The notes beneath the pieces were generated by a model. It was not told where the DNA came from. It saw nothing but the letters and a program-made list of their open reading frames with translations, and did no database searches. A DNA stretch of 64,000 nucleotides from Eutreptiella sp. 'Long Island Sound 2002' (taxonomy: Eukaryota > Protista > Euglenida): NCBI GenBank assembly GCA_964036045.1, contig OZ038379.1:3906001-3970000 (forward strand), read 5' to 3'. A program made the position numbers and the translations under genes. Numbering within the stretch: position 1 is the stretch's first letter; every line of letters starts with the position of its first letter. Below are positions 11,491 through 23,357 of the stretch, one piece after another.

Positions 11491-13025
11491 TGCGCAGCGG
11501 CAGCGGGAGGTGGAACACCCCCCTTGCCTATACCATCGCACCATCCCCAGACCGGCACTGCTCTAAACCATCACTGCTGCACCGCCACTCCCATACCACC
11601 ACTCATACACCATCACTCCCATACCACCACTTGTAAACCATGGCACCTACACCACCACTCCTCTAAACCGTTGCTCTTTTGATGGAAGAGCATGCGCGCG
11701 CGCACACACACACGTACGAAACTAAACTGAAAGAACATCGGTACACGGCGCTGCAGGCTCTGCTGGCTCTGCTGCAGAGCATCGTTCCGGCATTGAAGGC
11801 CACCTTTCAGTCCATGGGGAAGCCCTGGCGCTGCCCATGGGGGAGGGAATGCACTTCAGCCCCCCTTCCTGCGACAATTGCATCCCAGCAACGCCAGGAC
11901 CCGCGCCAGCTGGAAGAAGTGTGGCGGGCTTTTCGCTGCTTTCAACCCCCCCTCCCCTCTGACTAGAATTTTATCTACACCCGCTTTTGGAAAAGGTTGG
12001 CTGTATGCGTGGGGACTAGGCCAAGGGCCCCATCTGTCTGACGCCTGTCTGTTTGATGGTGCAGTGGATGATATATATCATGGGGTGCAAGCCTGTTCTT
12101 GGCTTACCACACCTGTTGTGCTACACTCCAGAAGTATACAAGTGACTGAGCATGCCAGATTTGTCACTGGATCACTGTGCTGCCCTCCAGGGCTGGCTTG
12201 TACTGGGGTCTGATGTAGTGGGCCCCAAGCGCTGCAACCCGTCCATGCCGTCGGACACATGTGTTGTTTTTTGGGGGGGGGTGCGGGATAAAGTGGGTGA
12301 CAAGCGGCGTCGGGCAGCAGAGATGATCATTGATGCGCCAGATGCGGTGCATGTGCCAGAGGGTTATCCAGAGTGCCTCATGTGCACTGGAGGCCCCTCG
12401 TGTGGGTTGTGCAGGCGATGGTGTGTGGTTCGGCCCCTTGACCCACGGAAATGGGCCCACCATTTGGAAGGCCCCCCACAAACGATCAACAGGCCGGAGG
12501 TTTCTGCAATGCATTGCTGACCGAGCAGTTGTTCCGCGGGTCAACCCTTGCAAGCGATAACCGATAGTAAGTATGTGTATGATGGTATTCTGTAGCAGGC
12601 ACGGAGGTGGCGCATACAAGTGAGAACCTTCCTCAACCCGGACATGAGCAACTGAGTGCGGAGGCCAGCAGGGCTCCTACCATGTGGCGCCACGTTTTCA
12701 GCGTACCTTTGGTTCTGCTGCGTGTAGGGCTGTCATGCTTTTGATTATCAGCACAACCCCGTCTCTGCCTGATACCAAGTGTCACCATTGTTGTCTTCCT
12801 ATCCTGCTTGTCTTGCCCGCCCCCAGGCCGCGTGTACTACCAGCAAGGGGGGCTCACGGATGCTTGCCCATGCCCCTCTGCTGTACTTTGCCTGTGTGTT
12901 TGCTGCTTTACTTTTGTTTCGCAATGTGTCCGCCCGGAGCATAATTGCTGCAATTTGGATTTTGTTTGCCTGCTGCACTGCCTCAGCAACCTCCTGCTTG
13001 GTCTCACCTGTGGCATAGTCTGTTT

Positions 13026-13086
<61 letters not shown>

Positions 13087-13398
13087 TAGTAGTGGTAGTG
13101 GTAGTAGTAGTGGTAGTGGTAGTGGTAGTGGTAGTGGTAGTGGGTAGTATTAGTAGTAGTGGTGGTAGTGGTAGTGGTAGTGGTAGTTGTAGTGGTAGTG
13201 GTAGTGGTAGTGGTAGTGGTAGTGGTAGTGGTAGCGGCAGCGGCAGCGCAGCGGCAGCGGCAGCGGCAGCGGCATCAGCAGCAGCAGTAGCAGTAGTAGC
13301 AGTAGTAGCAGTAGCAGTAGCAGTAGCAGTAGCAGTAGCAGTAGCAGTAGCAGTAGCAGTAGCAGTAGCAGTAGCAGTAGCAGTAGCAGTAGCAGTAG
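13026..13398. repeat. Compound microsatellite (GTA)n > (GTAGTG)n > (GCAGCG)n > (GCAGTA)n
   Basis: Read directly; 3/6-bp periodicity holds across ~370 bp with a single phase slip near 13141. Confidence 0.97.
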
Positions 13399-13487
13399 GA
13401 ATGTAGGAATGTTGAACCTCGCAGTTTGAACGTGATTTGAATTGATTCTTTGGTATATATGAGAAGCTAACAGCCAAACCAATCCCC

Positions 13488-13530
13488 GCTCATGCGAATT
13501 CCCCGCTCATCCCCGCTCATCCCCGCTCAT
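13488..13530. repeat. Short tandem repeat of CCCCGCTCAT (4 copies)
   Basis: ccccgctcat occurs once at 13483-13492 and three times in tandem at 13500-13530. Confidence 0.8.
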
Positions 13531-14914
13531 GTACATTTGCTGAACATTACACTTCCAAACTAACTTCAAACCTCCGCAAAGCAAGGCTAGTGAGAGTCAA
13601 GCAGCCCTATGCCTTTGGGCTTTCCCTCGGTCCTTGCTCTGACCTTTGATGGAAAGATCAATCAACCACAACGTGACATATTTCAGGTGCCATGCAAATA
13701 TGACGACACACATCCTGGTGATCCTTGTGAATCCCATACTCTGTATCCGCACCTTTGCGCCCTTTTGTGATTGACGAAGGAGAGCGAGGCGAGTTGTGTG
13801 GCAGTATTTGTGAGACCCGAAAATGGTGGACGGAACAGTGCTCTCGAGCCATGAACCGCAACAGCTGCAAGACCTGGCTGTGCCAGCAACCATCCTTGCC
13901 AGACAGAATTACATGCTCGGGGCTGCCAGATGCAAGGCCTACCCCATGCCGGAGGTTGCCGGATGTGGATGTGGCTGTTTGTTTGCTTGCCATTTGGTTC
14001 CATGGCACTTCACTGCGCTTTAGCAAAAGAACGTAGCGACCAGCCCCACCCACATATGGTTATGTTGCATCCCGACAACGCCCATGTATGCATCTAGAAC
14101 AGTGGTGTTTCCCCTGCCGGAGGTCGCCAGGTGTGACCCCGTGGTTGTGCCCCAGGCTACCGAAAATTTTGCAGGAGACCACTGGCAACTCTGAAGGGGA
14201 TTACGACAAGTTTGAACCAGTTTCCGAGAACATGTGTGCGTGCAAACAATGCAGGACGCTCGTTCCTCGTGTTCCCCAGTGCAGCAACATAGACGTCAAG
14301 CATTTTCGTGTTTCCCCGCCCTCCCCTTTGCGAGCACACCACCCTTGTCAGAACAACAGTGCGTGTTGTTTCCGTATGTTTTGGAATCATCAGGCGCGAA
14401 ATATAAAACCTCCGAGAAAGGGGCCCTCATTGCCGACCTCCGGGCCCTCAACAGTATGCTTCTCAAATCACTTCCTTTCAAATTACCTTCACTTGCCCAG
14501 CTGGGCACTTTGTTTTCTGTGTGCAGTTAGTTGAGACTAACACTGTACTGTACACCAAGTTGGATGTATCCAATATGTACTGGCGTTGTAAAGTCCCCGA
14601 CAGCGCCAAAGGTCCTCTTTGGCCCTATATAAAAGCCCCTTTGTCAGAATAACACTCGGTGTTGTTGCCACGAAATTTTCGGACAGTGTTGTTCTCGCAA
14701 TGGGAGGGGGGCCCGGGGGGGGGGGGGGCGACTCCGCGGGTCCTAGGACGCCAACTACCCCCCCCCCCTCCCCTAGGGGCCTCCGGCGAACAGTTAGTTG
14801 CCAAACGTGCCGCCCTTTGGCGTCCATGGGCGCCAAAGGCACGCGACGCTCCATGGGCACCAAAGGTGCCCGAAGGAAAATTTTGTCCACTTTGCACCCC
14901 AACACTATCCTTAA

Positions 14915-14995
14915 ATCCAACCCTGACCCTAACGCCTGCCCCAACCCTACGCCTAGTCCTAATCCTACCTGTACCCCTAGCCCTAACCCTAACCA
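14915..14995. repeat. Degenerate interstitial telomere-like (CCCTAA)-type repeat
   Basis: ccctgaccctaacgcctgccccaaccctacgcctagtcctaatcctacc...ccctagccctaaccctaacc. Similar tracts lie at 16360-16400 and, inverted, at 17635-17670. Confidence 0.6.
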
Positions 14996-15084
14996 GGATT
15001 GAATATTGGGACCGAGCTGGTGGGGGAAGGAACATTGTCTAGGAGACTTCAACGACAAATGAGGTCCGCACTAGGAAGTGGATG

Positions 15085-15615
15085 AGAGCAACTCAAAAGG
15101 GGCTCAAAATGAGCTGTATTCATCCTTTTGGGCACCACAATCGGACAAGGATCTTTTTTGGAAAACCATGGTTTTGACCCGTTTTTGAGTCATTTGTGGT
15201 CCCAAATTGGCCCATTTTCAAGGCCCTTTTGGCCTTGAGAGGGGCCAAAATTGCTCAACATGGGCTCAAAATGGGCTTATTCCACTTGTTTGTGCACTTT
15301 GGAAAAACACATTTTTGATCCATTTTTGACTGATTTTTGGTTCCAAAACAACCCATTTTCAAGGCATTTTGTGACTCTGGAGTGGCCAAAATGGCTTGCA
15401 ATGGGCTCAAAAAGGGCTCATTTCACTTGTTTGTGCACCCCAAATGGTCTAGGATCATTTTTGGAAAAACACATTTTTGACCCATTTTTGACCCAGTTTT
15501 TATTCCAAAACAGCCCACTTTCAACGCATATTGGGATTTTAGGAGGGCCAAAATGGGCCACCACGAGCTCAAAACGCGATTCCATGTGGTCCAAGATCAT
15601 TTTTGAAAAAGTCTC
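15085..15615. repeat. Diverged satellite, ~162-bp unit, ~3.3 copies
   Basis: The marker g(g/a)gctcaaaa recurs at ~15100, 15262, 15403 and 15567, and ccca(t/c)tttcaa at ~15211, 15352 and 15514. Confidence 0.75.
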
Positions 15616-16520
15616 CTTTTTTTTTTTGCACCCAGTGGACCTTGTTAACCCACCCACCTCTTTGGGCTAAGTCTTGCAGCTTGCCGTAGTCCATGGGGCC
15701 TAAGTACGGGGGTCTAGGCGTCGGTTAGGGCAGTTTTGAGGGGTGGAAACCACCAAAAGTGGGTGGGGGCGAGTGGATTAGGTGCGCTCGGAATCGCGTT
15801 TTGAGCCATGTAGCCCAAGATATGGTCTGTTTTTGGTTTGGGGCTGTCGGCGGCCAATGTGCACGAATTCAAGGGCTTTCGGGGGCCTTTTGGGGGCGGT
15901 GCGCGAACATATTATGGAGTTAGAGGGCCCTAGAGGGCCCTTCGGCACGGGGAAGTCTAGTAGCATGTGTAGAGTAACCACTATTTCCCTTCATTTGGCC
16001 GTTTTCAGCGGGTTTTAAGGCTGTTTTGAGCACAAAAAGGCTGATTTTGGCCCTGAATTGCGGATTTTGAAATGGAGGTCCGGCACTTGCGACGCCCATT
16101 CCCGGCCGCCATTGTTGAGCTCTTGGCCCCTACTTTGCGTGGTTGTCCCTCACACCCATAGGTAGCATCCACCAAAATTTTTGCCAAATCCGAAGCACCA
16201 CGACGGAGCTCTGATTTTCCCCCATTTCGCGCGTGCGTGCTTCCGGCTTGCTTGCTGTTGCTTGCTGGCTTTCTTGCTGCTTGCTTGCCAAACCTGTTAG
16301 GTCCACCCTAGACACTAAAGAGGGTTATAAAACCAAGACTGGTTCCACCAGCTCGGTGACCTTAGCCCTAGCCCTAGCCCTAGCTGTAAACCTAGGCTAG
16401 GATCGGAGTTAGTGTGGGGGTCCACAATGGAGAGCAATGATGCGGCAAAAGCAGCCATGAACGAAGTTCTATTGCCTTCGGCAAGTCCACCTCGCAAAGA
16501 ATCTACCCCAAGCAACACGC

Positions 16521-16872
16521 ACCCAAAATAGGGTAAAAACTACATAAACATGGGCTAAAACATGCTTTACATATTTTGGATGGTCATTTTCAGTGATCAC
16601 AACATCAAAACAATAAGTTTCGGAGACTTCGATTTTTGAGCTGTATAGGCTGAAAAACTGCATGAGCAGGTTGTGTACCAATCCCTTGGGAGACCCCCTC
16701 CCCCCCGCACCCAATACCCAAATAGGGTGAAAAACACGCAAACACGGGCTAAAACATGCTTTGCATAGCTTGGATGGTCATTTTAGGTGATCACAGGAGC
16801 AAAAAAACAAGTTTCGGAAACTTGGATTTTTGAGTTGTCCAAGATGAAAAACTGCATAAGTAGGTCGTGCAC
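16521..16872. repeat. Two diverged tandem copies of a ~195-bp unit
   Basis: accca(a)aatagggt...gggctaaaacatgcttt...ggatggtcatttt...gtgatcaca...aagtttcgga...gatttttgag...tgaaaaactgcat starts at ~16521 and again at ~16716. Confidence 0.8.
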
Positions 16873-16873
16873 C

Positions 16874-16948
16874 GGCCCATTCACTAGGCCATTATTGGTG
16901 GAAATAGTTATTTCACGTTTCCACCAATAATGGCCTAGTGAATGGGCC
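16874..16948. repeat. Perfect inverted repeat: 31-bp stem, 13-nt loop
   Basis: 16874-16904 GGCCCATTCACTAGGCCATTATTGGTGGAAA is the exact reverse complement of 16918-16948. Confidence 0.97.
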
Positions 16949-17849
16949 AATGCACAACCTACTTTGCCACGGGCTTTGACCGGCCTTTGGCAAGGCTACA
17001 GACTGCAAAAAACATCCTTTTGGATCCTAGTAGGCATATACGGTCACAACATCCCCACTCACACCCCTCAGAGTGGGTACCACAGGGTCACCGAGGTCGC
17101 CAAAACCGCCAACAAATTAAAAAATGGCTGAAAGGTGGATAAACTGCACAAGCGCTCGTCCCACTCTGCCCCATACAAACCCCATGGAGTCGGGACGCAG
17201 AACCCATTTTCGGCTCAAAATTGAAGAAAACCAAACGATTCATGATTTCTGACCCCAGAAAAAGGGAAGGGTCATTTTTTGACCCCCCCCCCCACCCACC
17301 TCCCTCGAAACCTCAAAAAAGTGTTTTTCAAGTGAGGGGGGTCTAGGGGGGTCCGGACCAAAAACTCATTGGGAATTGCATTTATTGGACAAAATAATGA
17401 TTTTAGAAGGGGTTAAGCGTTTATTGGACAAAATAATGATTTTAGAAGGGGTTAAACAAACGATTCAACCCCTTGGGGTAGGGTACGCGAATAGGCCCAA
17501 AATGGGGGGGTATGTGGCATTTTCCCCTACATACGTGCCTGCTTGGCTTTGATCTAACAACCTGTGCGAGGTGATTTAGGGGATCTTGTTCAGCCCAATC
17601 AACATGGCTAGCATGGCTGAACCTACTGGCTACAAAGGTTAGGGTTAGGTTTATGGTGATGCTATGGTTAGAGGGAGGGCAAGTGGAGGTAAGGGGAGCC
17701 TGTGCCCCCCCCCCCCCCTCCCACCCCAAATCGCCCCACCTGGATCCCCCCCCAACCGACCCTCCCGACCCCCCCCCTCAAAGCCCCTCCCAAACACCCC
17801 GCTCCCCATCGCCCCTCCCAGAACCCCCTCCCAGAACCCCCCCCCCCCC

Positions 17850-17925
17850 CCCCGGGGCCTTCGGCCAATGGTTAGTTAGGGGGGTAGTTGGCGTCCAAGA
17901 CCGAGGAGTCCCCCCCCCCCCGCGG
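17850..17925. repeat. GC-rich interspersed motif family (ggggcc(t/c)tcggcc...gttagtt...gggtagttggcgtcca...)
   Basis: A near-identical copy is at ~32462-32540, and a rearranged, partly inverted copy at ~14720-14805. Confidence 0.7.
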
Positions 17926-19089
17926 GGAGGGGAGGTACGAAATGTCGTTATCTCCCCGTGTCTCCTTGCGCAAGCCACCCCCATGCAGCCCTGCAGTCCT
18001 TCACTTCTTGATGGGCTTTCGTGTGGGACCTCAAGGTGTCGTTGACATTCAAAGAGGGCTTGTGGAGAACTTGACAGTTCGACGTGGGACATCTCGGGTG
18101 GGTTGCTTGGCTGAAAGTTCCTTCCTCCCACCATTCCAAAATGCAGGCTGGCTGGCTTTCAGCCTTGGCTGCTTCAACAAGGCGTCGCTGCATCTGCAGT
18201 TGCCTCCGAACAAGTTCCCGCCAGTACCTACAGCCCCTGCTGAGTGCCAATATCGCATCAGGTCATACTGACCTGTGAACCCGAATGGCGCAACCATTTT
18301 GTGCCTCCACAGTCACATTTTTCTGCAAGATTCTTGATAATGCACCTGAGTGGGGGCGCTTCTGGTGTTGCAAAGACTGGCCCGAAGTGCCACCACACTG
18401 GTTCATGCAACCAAAGGCGTGCTTCTCAAAGATGCGTTGCTTTTGAGCATATTCAATGGATCATGTACATACACATATTCAGCAGAACGTATACTAGACG
18501 CAGGCTTCTGCACAGCCCTCTTCGTGGCTATCATATTTGTTGCCCCATCAACTTCCAAACAGTTGGCATAGGTGGTGCCAACGCACTGTGTAAGTTTTTG
18601 TTGGATAAGACTTCCCTCTTTGACTTCTGCAAAAGTATGATATTTGGTGCGTCGTTTGGTTCGTTGCCTTTGACCCTGAACCGGAAGCATCTGGAATCAG
18701 CGAATTGCTTACCCTCCCTCCCCAGTGTCAAGTGGGCACAGAGAAGTGGGTGGTGGTCAAGCAACGTGAACGTTGTGTTCCAACAGAGTCCCACCCTCTC
18801 AAATGCGATTTCTTTTCGCATGGTAACAGTGCAGTTGCGCAAAGGAGAAGTATTTGCGCAGCTCTCAGGCACACAGACCTGCTTGGCAGGTTGCACACAC
18901 TATTCCACAAGTGATATAGAAACCTCCGATTTTGTTTGTCTGTTTGTCATGCTGACTGGCCCTACAACCAGGGGCAATATATCCAAAGTGCATGATAGGG
19001 CCTGTGGCAGTGACCTTGTTTGGTGCAGTCAAAATCGACATACCACGGCTATCGTTGCAGAGCAATGGATCCAAGCCAGCATACTGCAG

Positions 19090-19869
19090 GGGGGAACGTT
19101 AGCGCGCCGGGCGCGCGCCGGGCATCTTTTGTGACCCGTGCCCTACCGGTGGACTGTTGCCGTTGATATGTTGGGCAACATAATATGGATTTGCCCCTTG
19201 GCCCCCGGGACATCAGTAGATGTTTTGATTTGGGATGGGTATGGACCTTCTCATACCCGAGGTGATTTCTTTGATTTCGAAGTTGGGGGCCATGATGGTG
19301 CTTATAAGGGCCGGATTCATGTCATTGTGCCATTCATTGGAAGAAAGAATGGCACTTTGACAGCCCGCCAACAATGTTACAATGAGGTGCACGGGTGGTA
19401 TAGGGCACGCATTGAGCAGCTGTTTGCTCGGTTGTGGCACGCAAGATGAGGCAGAGGATGAGGCAGAAGTGTGTGTGTTGTGTTGCCAGGACGCTCCACC
19501 GTCGCAGTTTGTGATGAGTGTAAGGAGCACTATTGTACTGAATGTATTGACACCCACACTTGTGGGACCAATGTTATGATGCAGCTCTACTATTCGCGAT
19601 ACCTCAATAACGCCTATCGCTTCTACTGGAGATCGATGCGGTTGTGCTATCCTAACCCCCCATTCTCCCAACTTGCTAAGGTGTTGACCAAGATCGCCTT
19701 TAAAGGAGCGAGAGTGGTACTGTGTACCCCAGTTTGCAACTTTCTTGAGCTGGGGCAGTTTGGGTCACCTAATTCTAAGGGCATTTCCAAGGGGTGTGCT
19801 TGGGGGCTCTTCGGGGGGAACATAGTCTAAAAGTAGCGCGCCGGGCGCGCGCCGGGCAAACATTCCCCC
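19090..19869 (+). mobile_element. Internally deleted PIF/Harbinger-ISL2EU-type DNA transposon, copy 1 (780 bp)
   Basis: TIR GGGGGAACGTT / AACATTCCCCC (10/11 match), 3-bp TSD CAG/CAG, subterminal GCGCGCCGGGCGCGCGCCGGG at both ends. It carries a DDE_Tnp_4-like segment (WTVAVDMLG..PGTSVD..HDGAYKG..VPF..YNEVHGWYRARIEQLF) and a frameshifted Cys/His-rich tail. Confidence 0.8.
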
Positions 19870-22023
19870 CAGGTAAACACACTGCATTGTAGATCAAGTC
19901 TTTTCTTTGCATCCTTGTATTTGTGTCTAAGGGAGGGATGCGGTGCGTGTTGTATTTAGAATTTGTCCTGCCCCCGATCTCTGCAAATACTTGTGACCTC
20001 TGAAACGACAAAGATGAAGGTACGCAGAATTGCTGAAAGCAGACCTGTTCGCTGGATCCAGGATATTGCTTGTTGTGTTGCGAGTCCTTACCAGGGACCC
20101 TTTTGAGTTGTGAATTTGGTGCAGCCCCATGGAAAACCATGCTTGACACGAGACCTGCACAACTAAACCCCTTCCCCCACTTATCATAACCCCAGGTACG
20201 ACCCCGAATTTTTTTGGCTTCCTAAGGGGGGGGGTACGATAAGTTGGGGGGGGTGGTGCAATAAGTGGGCGGGGTACGACCAGTGGGCGGGTGTCTTTTA
20301 CATTGCAGATTTTCTGTTTCCAGTTCTTGCCATGTTGGTTCAGGTCCTGCCTGAATACAAGGATGATCCCAACGCAGAGTTGATTCAATTTGCAAATCCA
20401 CCTGAGCCTCCTGTGGCTGAGGAGCATCCTGCCAAGAAGCAAAGGCAACTTGGCATTCGCTCCTTCTTTGAAACAAATGCAGAACTTCAATCACGCAGGC
20501 CTGCCAACAGTGTGGCTCCCTGGTGCAGTGCCCTGCTTTGTTATGAGGTGTTCCACCAAAGGGGGGTACGTTAGGTACTTGATTTTCCTGGATTCCTAAT
20601 GGGGGGTTACGATAAGTGGGGGGGTATCTTAAGTGGGGGGGGGGGGGGGTTAGACATGGGCACAACACAATGCACAACACAAAGCACGACACACACACAC
20701 ACCCACCAGCATCACATAGATGTGCAATTTTACACTTTTGGCCGGTGCGCCCAATCTCAGATGTCTCCAATTTCTGTAATTGCCTGCACCTCTGTGCCAA
20801 GTGCACATGGAATGTGGCTCGAAATATCAAAAACCAAAAATCACAACATCAATCAATCCAAAGCAAGATCTTTCGCTTCAGTGCTGTACTATGAATTTTG
20901 TGGTCGAGCGTTTTCAGAAATCAACCTCATCAACACAGAAAACTGAATAGGTCAAAATATTTAGATTTCAAATCACCACATTTGGTGAATTTTGCATCTT
21001 GGTCCAGGCTGATGCCTGAGAGCTCATACTGTAATCCGCTGTTGAGCTTGTGAAAGAACAAAAAGTTGGTGAATTTTGCTGTTCATGTGGCTTGCATGAT
21101 CATGTCCATGGGTACATATTTGTAACATCCATATGCTTGCTTCTGAGATTTGAAGTTGGACTCCACTGATTGGTCATGTACAATGGTTTGAATTACATGT
21201 TCAAGGCGCCCTACTAATACAGGGGTTGTTGCCGACAGCTGCAAGTGTACTAGGGATTGTATGCTACTTTGCAATCGAGGGACAGGCCAAGTGAGTATCT
21301 ACTGAAGCCACACTGTGAGCGAGGAAGAACCACATTTTCTTCCATAGTAGCAGCCAGCCCCACCCATGTATGGAGGTTGATGTTGCATCCAAGAAATGTC
21401 CATGCATGCATGTAGGAGAGTGGTGTCTCCCTTGCTGGAGGTCTTCAAATGTGACGCCAGGCGTGTGCCGGGGGCTGCCGAACACCTTTTGATGGAGACG
21501 GGTGGCAGCTACGGATTACACCAAGCTGTAAACTATTTTTCTTTCAAGCATGTGTGTGTGCAGACAATGCAGGACCCTTGGGGACGCATTCAGCATTGTA
21601 CGTGCACAGTGCAATTCTTCGGCTCTCTTGCTGTTAGTGGTGGGACCAAGCAAAAGCAAGCCTTGGTGTGCACAAGGCCACTTTTGGCTTTTGGGTAATC
21701 TCTACACGCATCAGGGAACCTGTTTTAGGTGTTCACACTCCGGAAGGAGTGGAATCCCTACGACCAGTATTACCGTCCTAGGGAACACAAATGATGAGGT
21801 CCAGTGAAAGCTCCTCATTGGTGCTTCCCCAAGCGGCTGGAGCACCACATTTTTCCTTGGGTGCCAAACAGTCTAGGATGTGGTATGAATGCACTGTAGT
21901 TCCGCAGGAACGGAAGTTCCGTGCGTCGGAGTAGGGCGGGCGGGGGTGGCATGCAGGATATAATATCTCCCCGCCCCTGCTCTTCAGTCGAATTTCTTTG
22001 TGCCCTCCTTTCTCTGTTCCTCG

Positions 22024-23246
22024 ATGTCTGAGAATCGCTCTTATGATTGGGGGTGGGAGCATCTGCTGGCTGAAAACCCGGACGTGCTGGATCAGGGCTA
22101 GTCACATCTGTTAAAACACCCAGACAAAGCAGAAGACATTCCGGAAGAGCACAGGAGCAATGTACTTACGGCCGGGTACAACGTGTGGATAAATTCCAGT
22201 CATTCGACTACCACGCGCGGCGCAGTGTTGTTTAAGCAAATGCTAAATGTGCACATGGTCTCTAGCACATTTCAGTATTACCGAGATTGCTTCTTGTTTG
22301 CGCTGAGCGTGTCATGGGATGTAGATGTACAGAGGTTCGATCTCACCCCAGACCAGAGTCAAGCGGCTTTGGCATACGTTGATATTATGAGACAGGCGCA
22401 GCGATTCAGCCCGCTGAGGGATGGGTCGTGGCGCGGGAAGCGCACGGGCTCGACGGGTAACAACGCGGGCGATGGTGCGCAGCAGCAGGCGGCGGCGATC
22501 AAGCATGAGGGGCCATCGCACGGAGCCCGACATGGAGAGGAGCCTTATGCGGATGACAAGTATGCGCTGTCCCAGGGCACCTCAAGGATCTGCGGAAACG
22601 TGCAGGGGCCTGTCGCTGGACACAGAAGCTGTGCAGAGTGCTGGAATCATACCTAAAGCATCTGCTGGAGGCGGCCAGTGGAAAGATTCGAGCGGAATGC
22701 CCCTACGGGGGGACTGACATGAGCATGCTGGAACACACGGAAGACCCCCTGCTGCACTGGGAGCTGGCCTTGGCGATCTGGGACACCATTCTGAAGTGTG
22801 ATGACGATGCCAAAGGAGTGCTGAAGGAAAAAGCCAAACAGGCGAGAAAAAAGGAGAAAAAGGCGCGCCGCAAGGGCAAAGGAAAAGGGAAACGATCCCA
22901 TTCAACCCGTGCTTCAAGTTCCATGTATTGTGACAGCTCTAGTTCGGATTACGGGTCGACCACGTCCTCCTCTTCGTCGTCGTCGTCTGGCGGTCGGAGG
23001 GGCGGAGGAGGAGCAGCGAAGGACATCTCCAACTATGACAAGCTGTTCGAGGACAGCAAGGACGCGCCGGGAGCGCCTCCTTTCATCTACATCAAAGGTG
23101 TGCCGCATTTTCGTTCGAAAACGACCGGCGACCTGGTGAATGCGGGGAAGCCGCCGAATACCCCCTGCCTGTCCTGCCAAAAATGCCGCTGGTACTGGCA
23201 GGGATCGGCGGCCGGCTGCCACGGCAACGCCGCGCGCAAAAGATGA
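22024..23246 (+). pseudogene. gag-like ORF of the YR retroelement, disrupted
   Basis: ATG at 22024, 2 nt after repeat A1. In-frame TAG at 22099-22101, probably from TGG. Coding continues through frameshifts into ORF 22638-23246, which ends in a Cys/His knuckle-like CLSCQKCRWYW...CH. Confidence 0.65.
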
Positions 23247-23357
23247 CCCGGGTCACCGGTCGCCCGGCGCTCACGCTCGGCGCCGGGGGAGCAGCCGGCC
23301 CGAGCGAAGGCCGAATTCCACGACCAACAAGAGATCGTCAGCGCCGAGCCACGAAGC

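Noticed and set aside
12945-13482. Poly-Val, poly-Thr and poly-Leu ORFs
   Set aside because: Translations of the compound microsatellite.
14915-14995. True telomere or chromosome-fusion point
   Set aside because: Short, heavily degenerate and embedded in interspersed repeats.
18244-19134. 296-aa ORF as a standalone gene
   Set aside because: No codon bias, no recognisable domain, and it runs into the transposon TIR. At most its 3' part (DFVCLFVML...) is a decayed transposase N-terminal relic.
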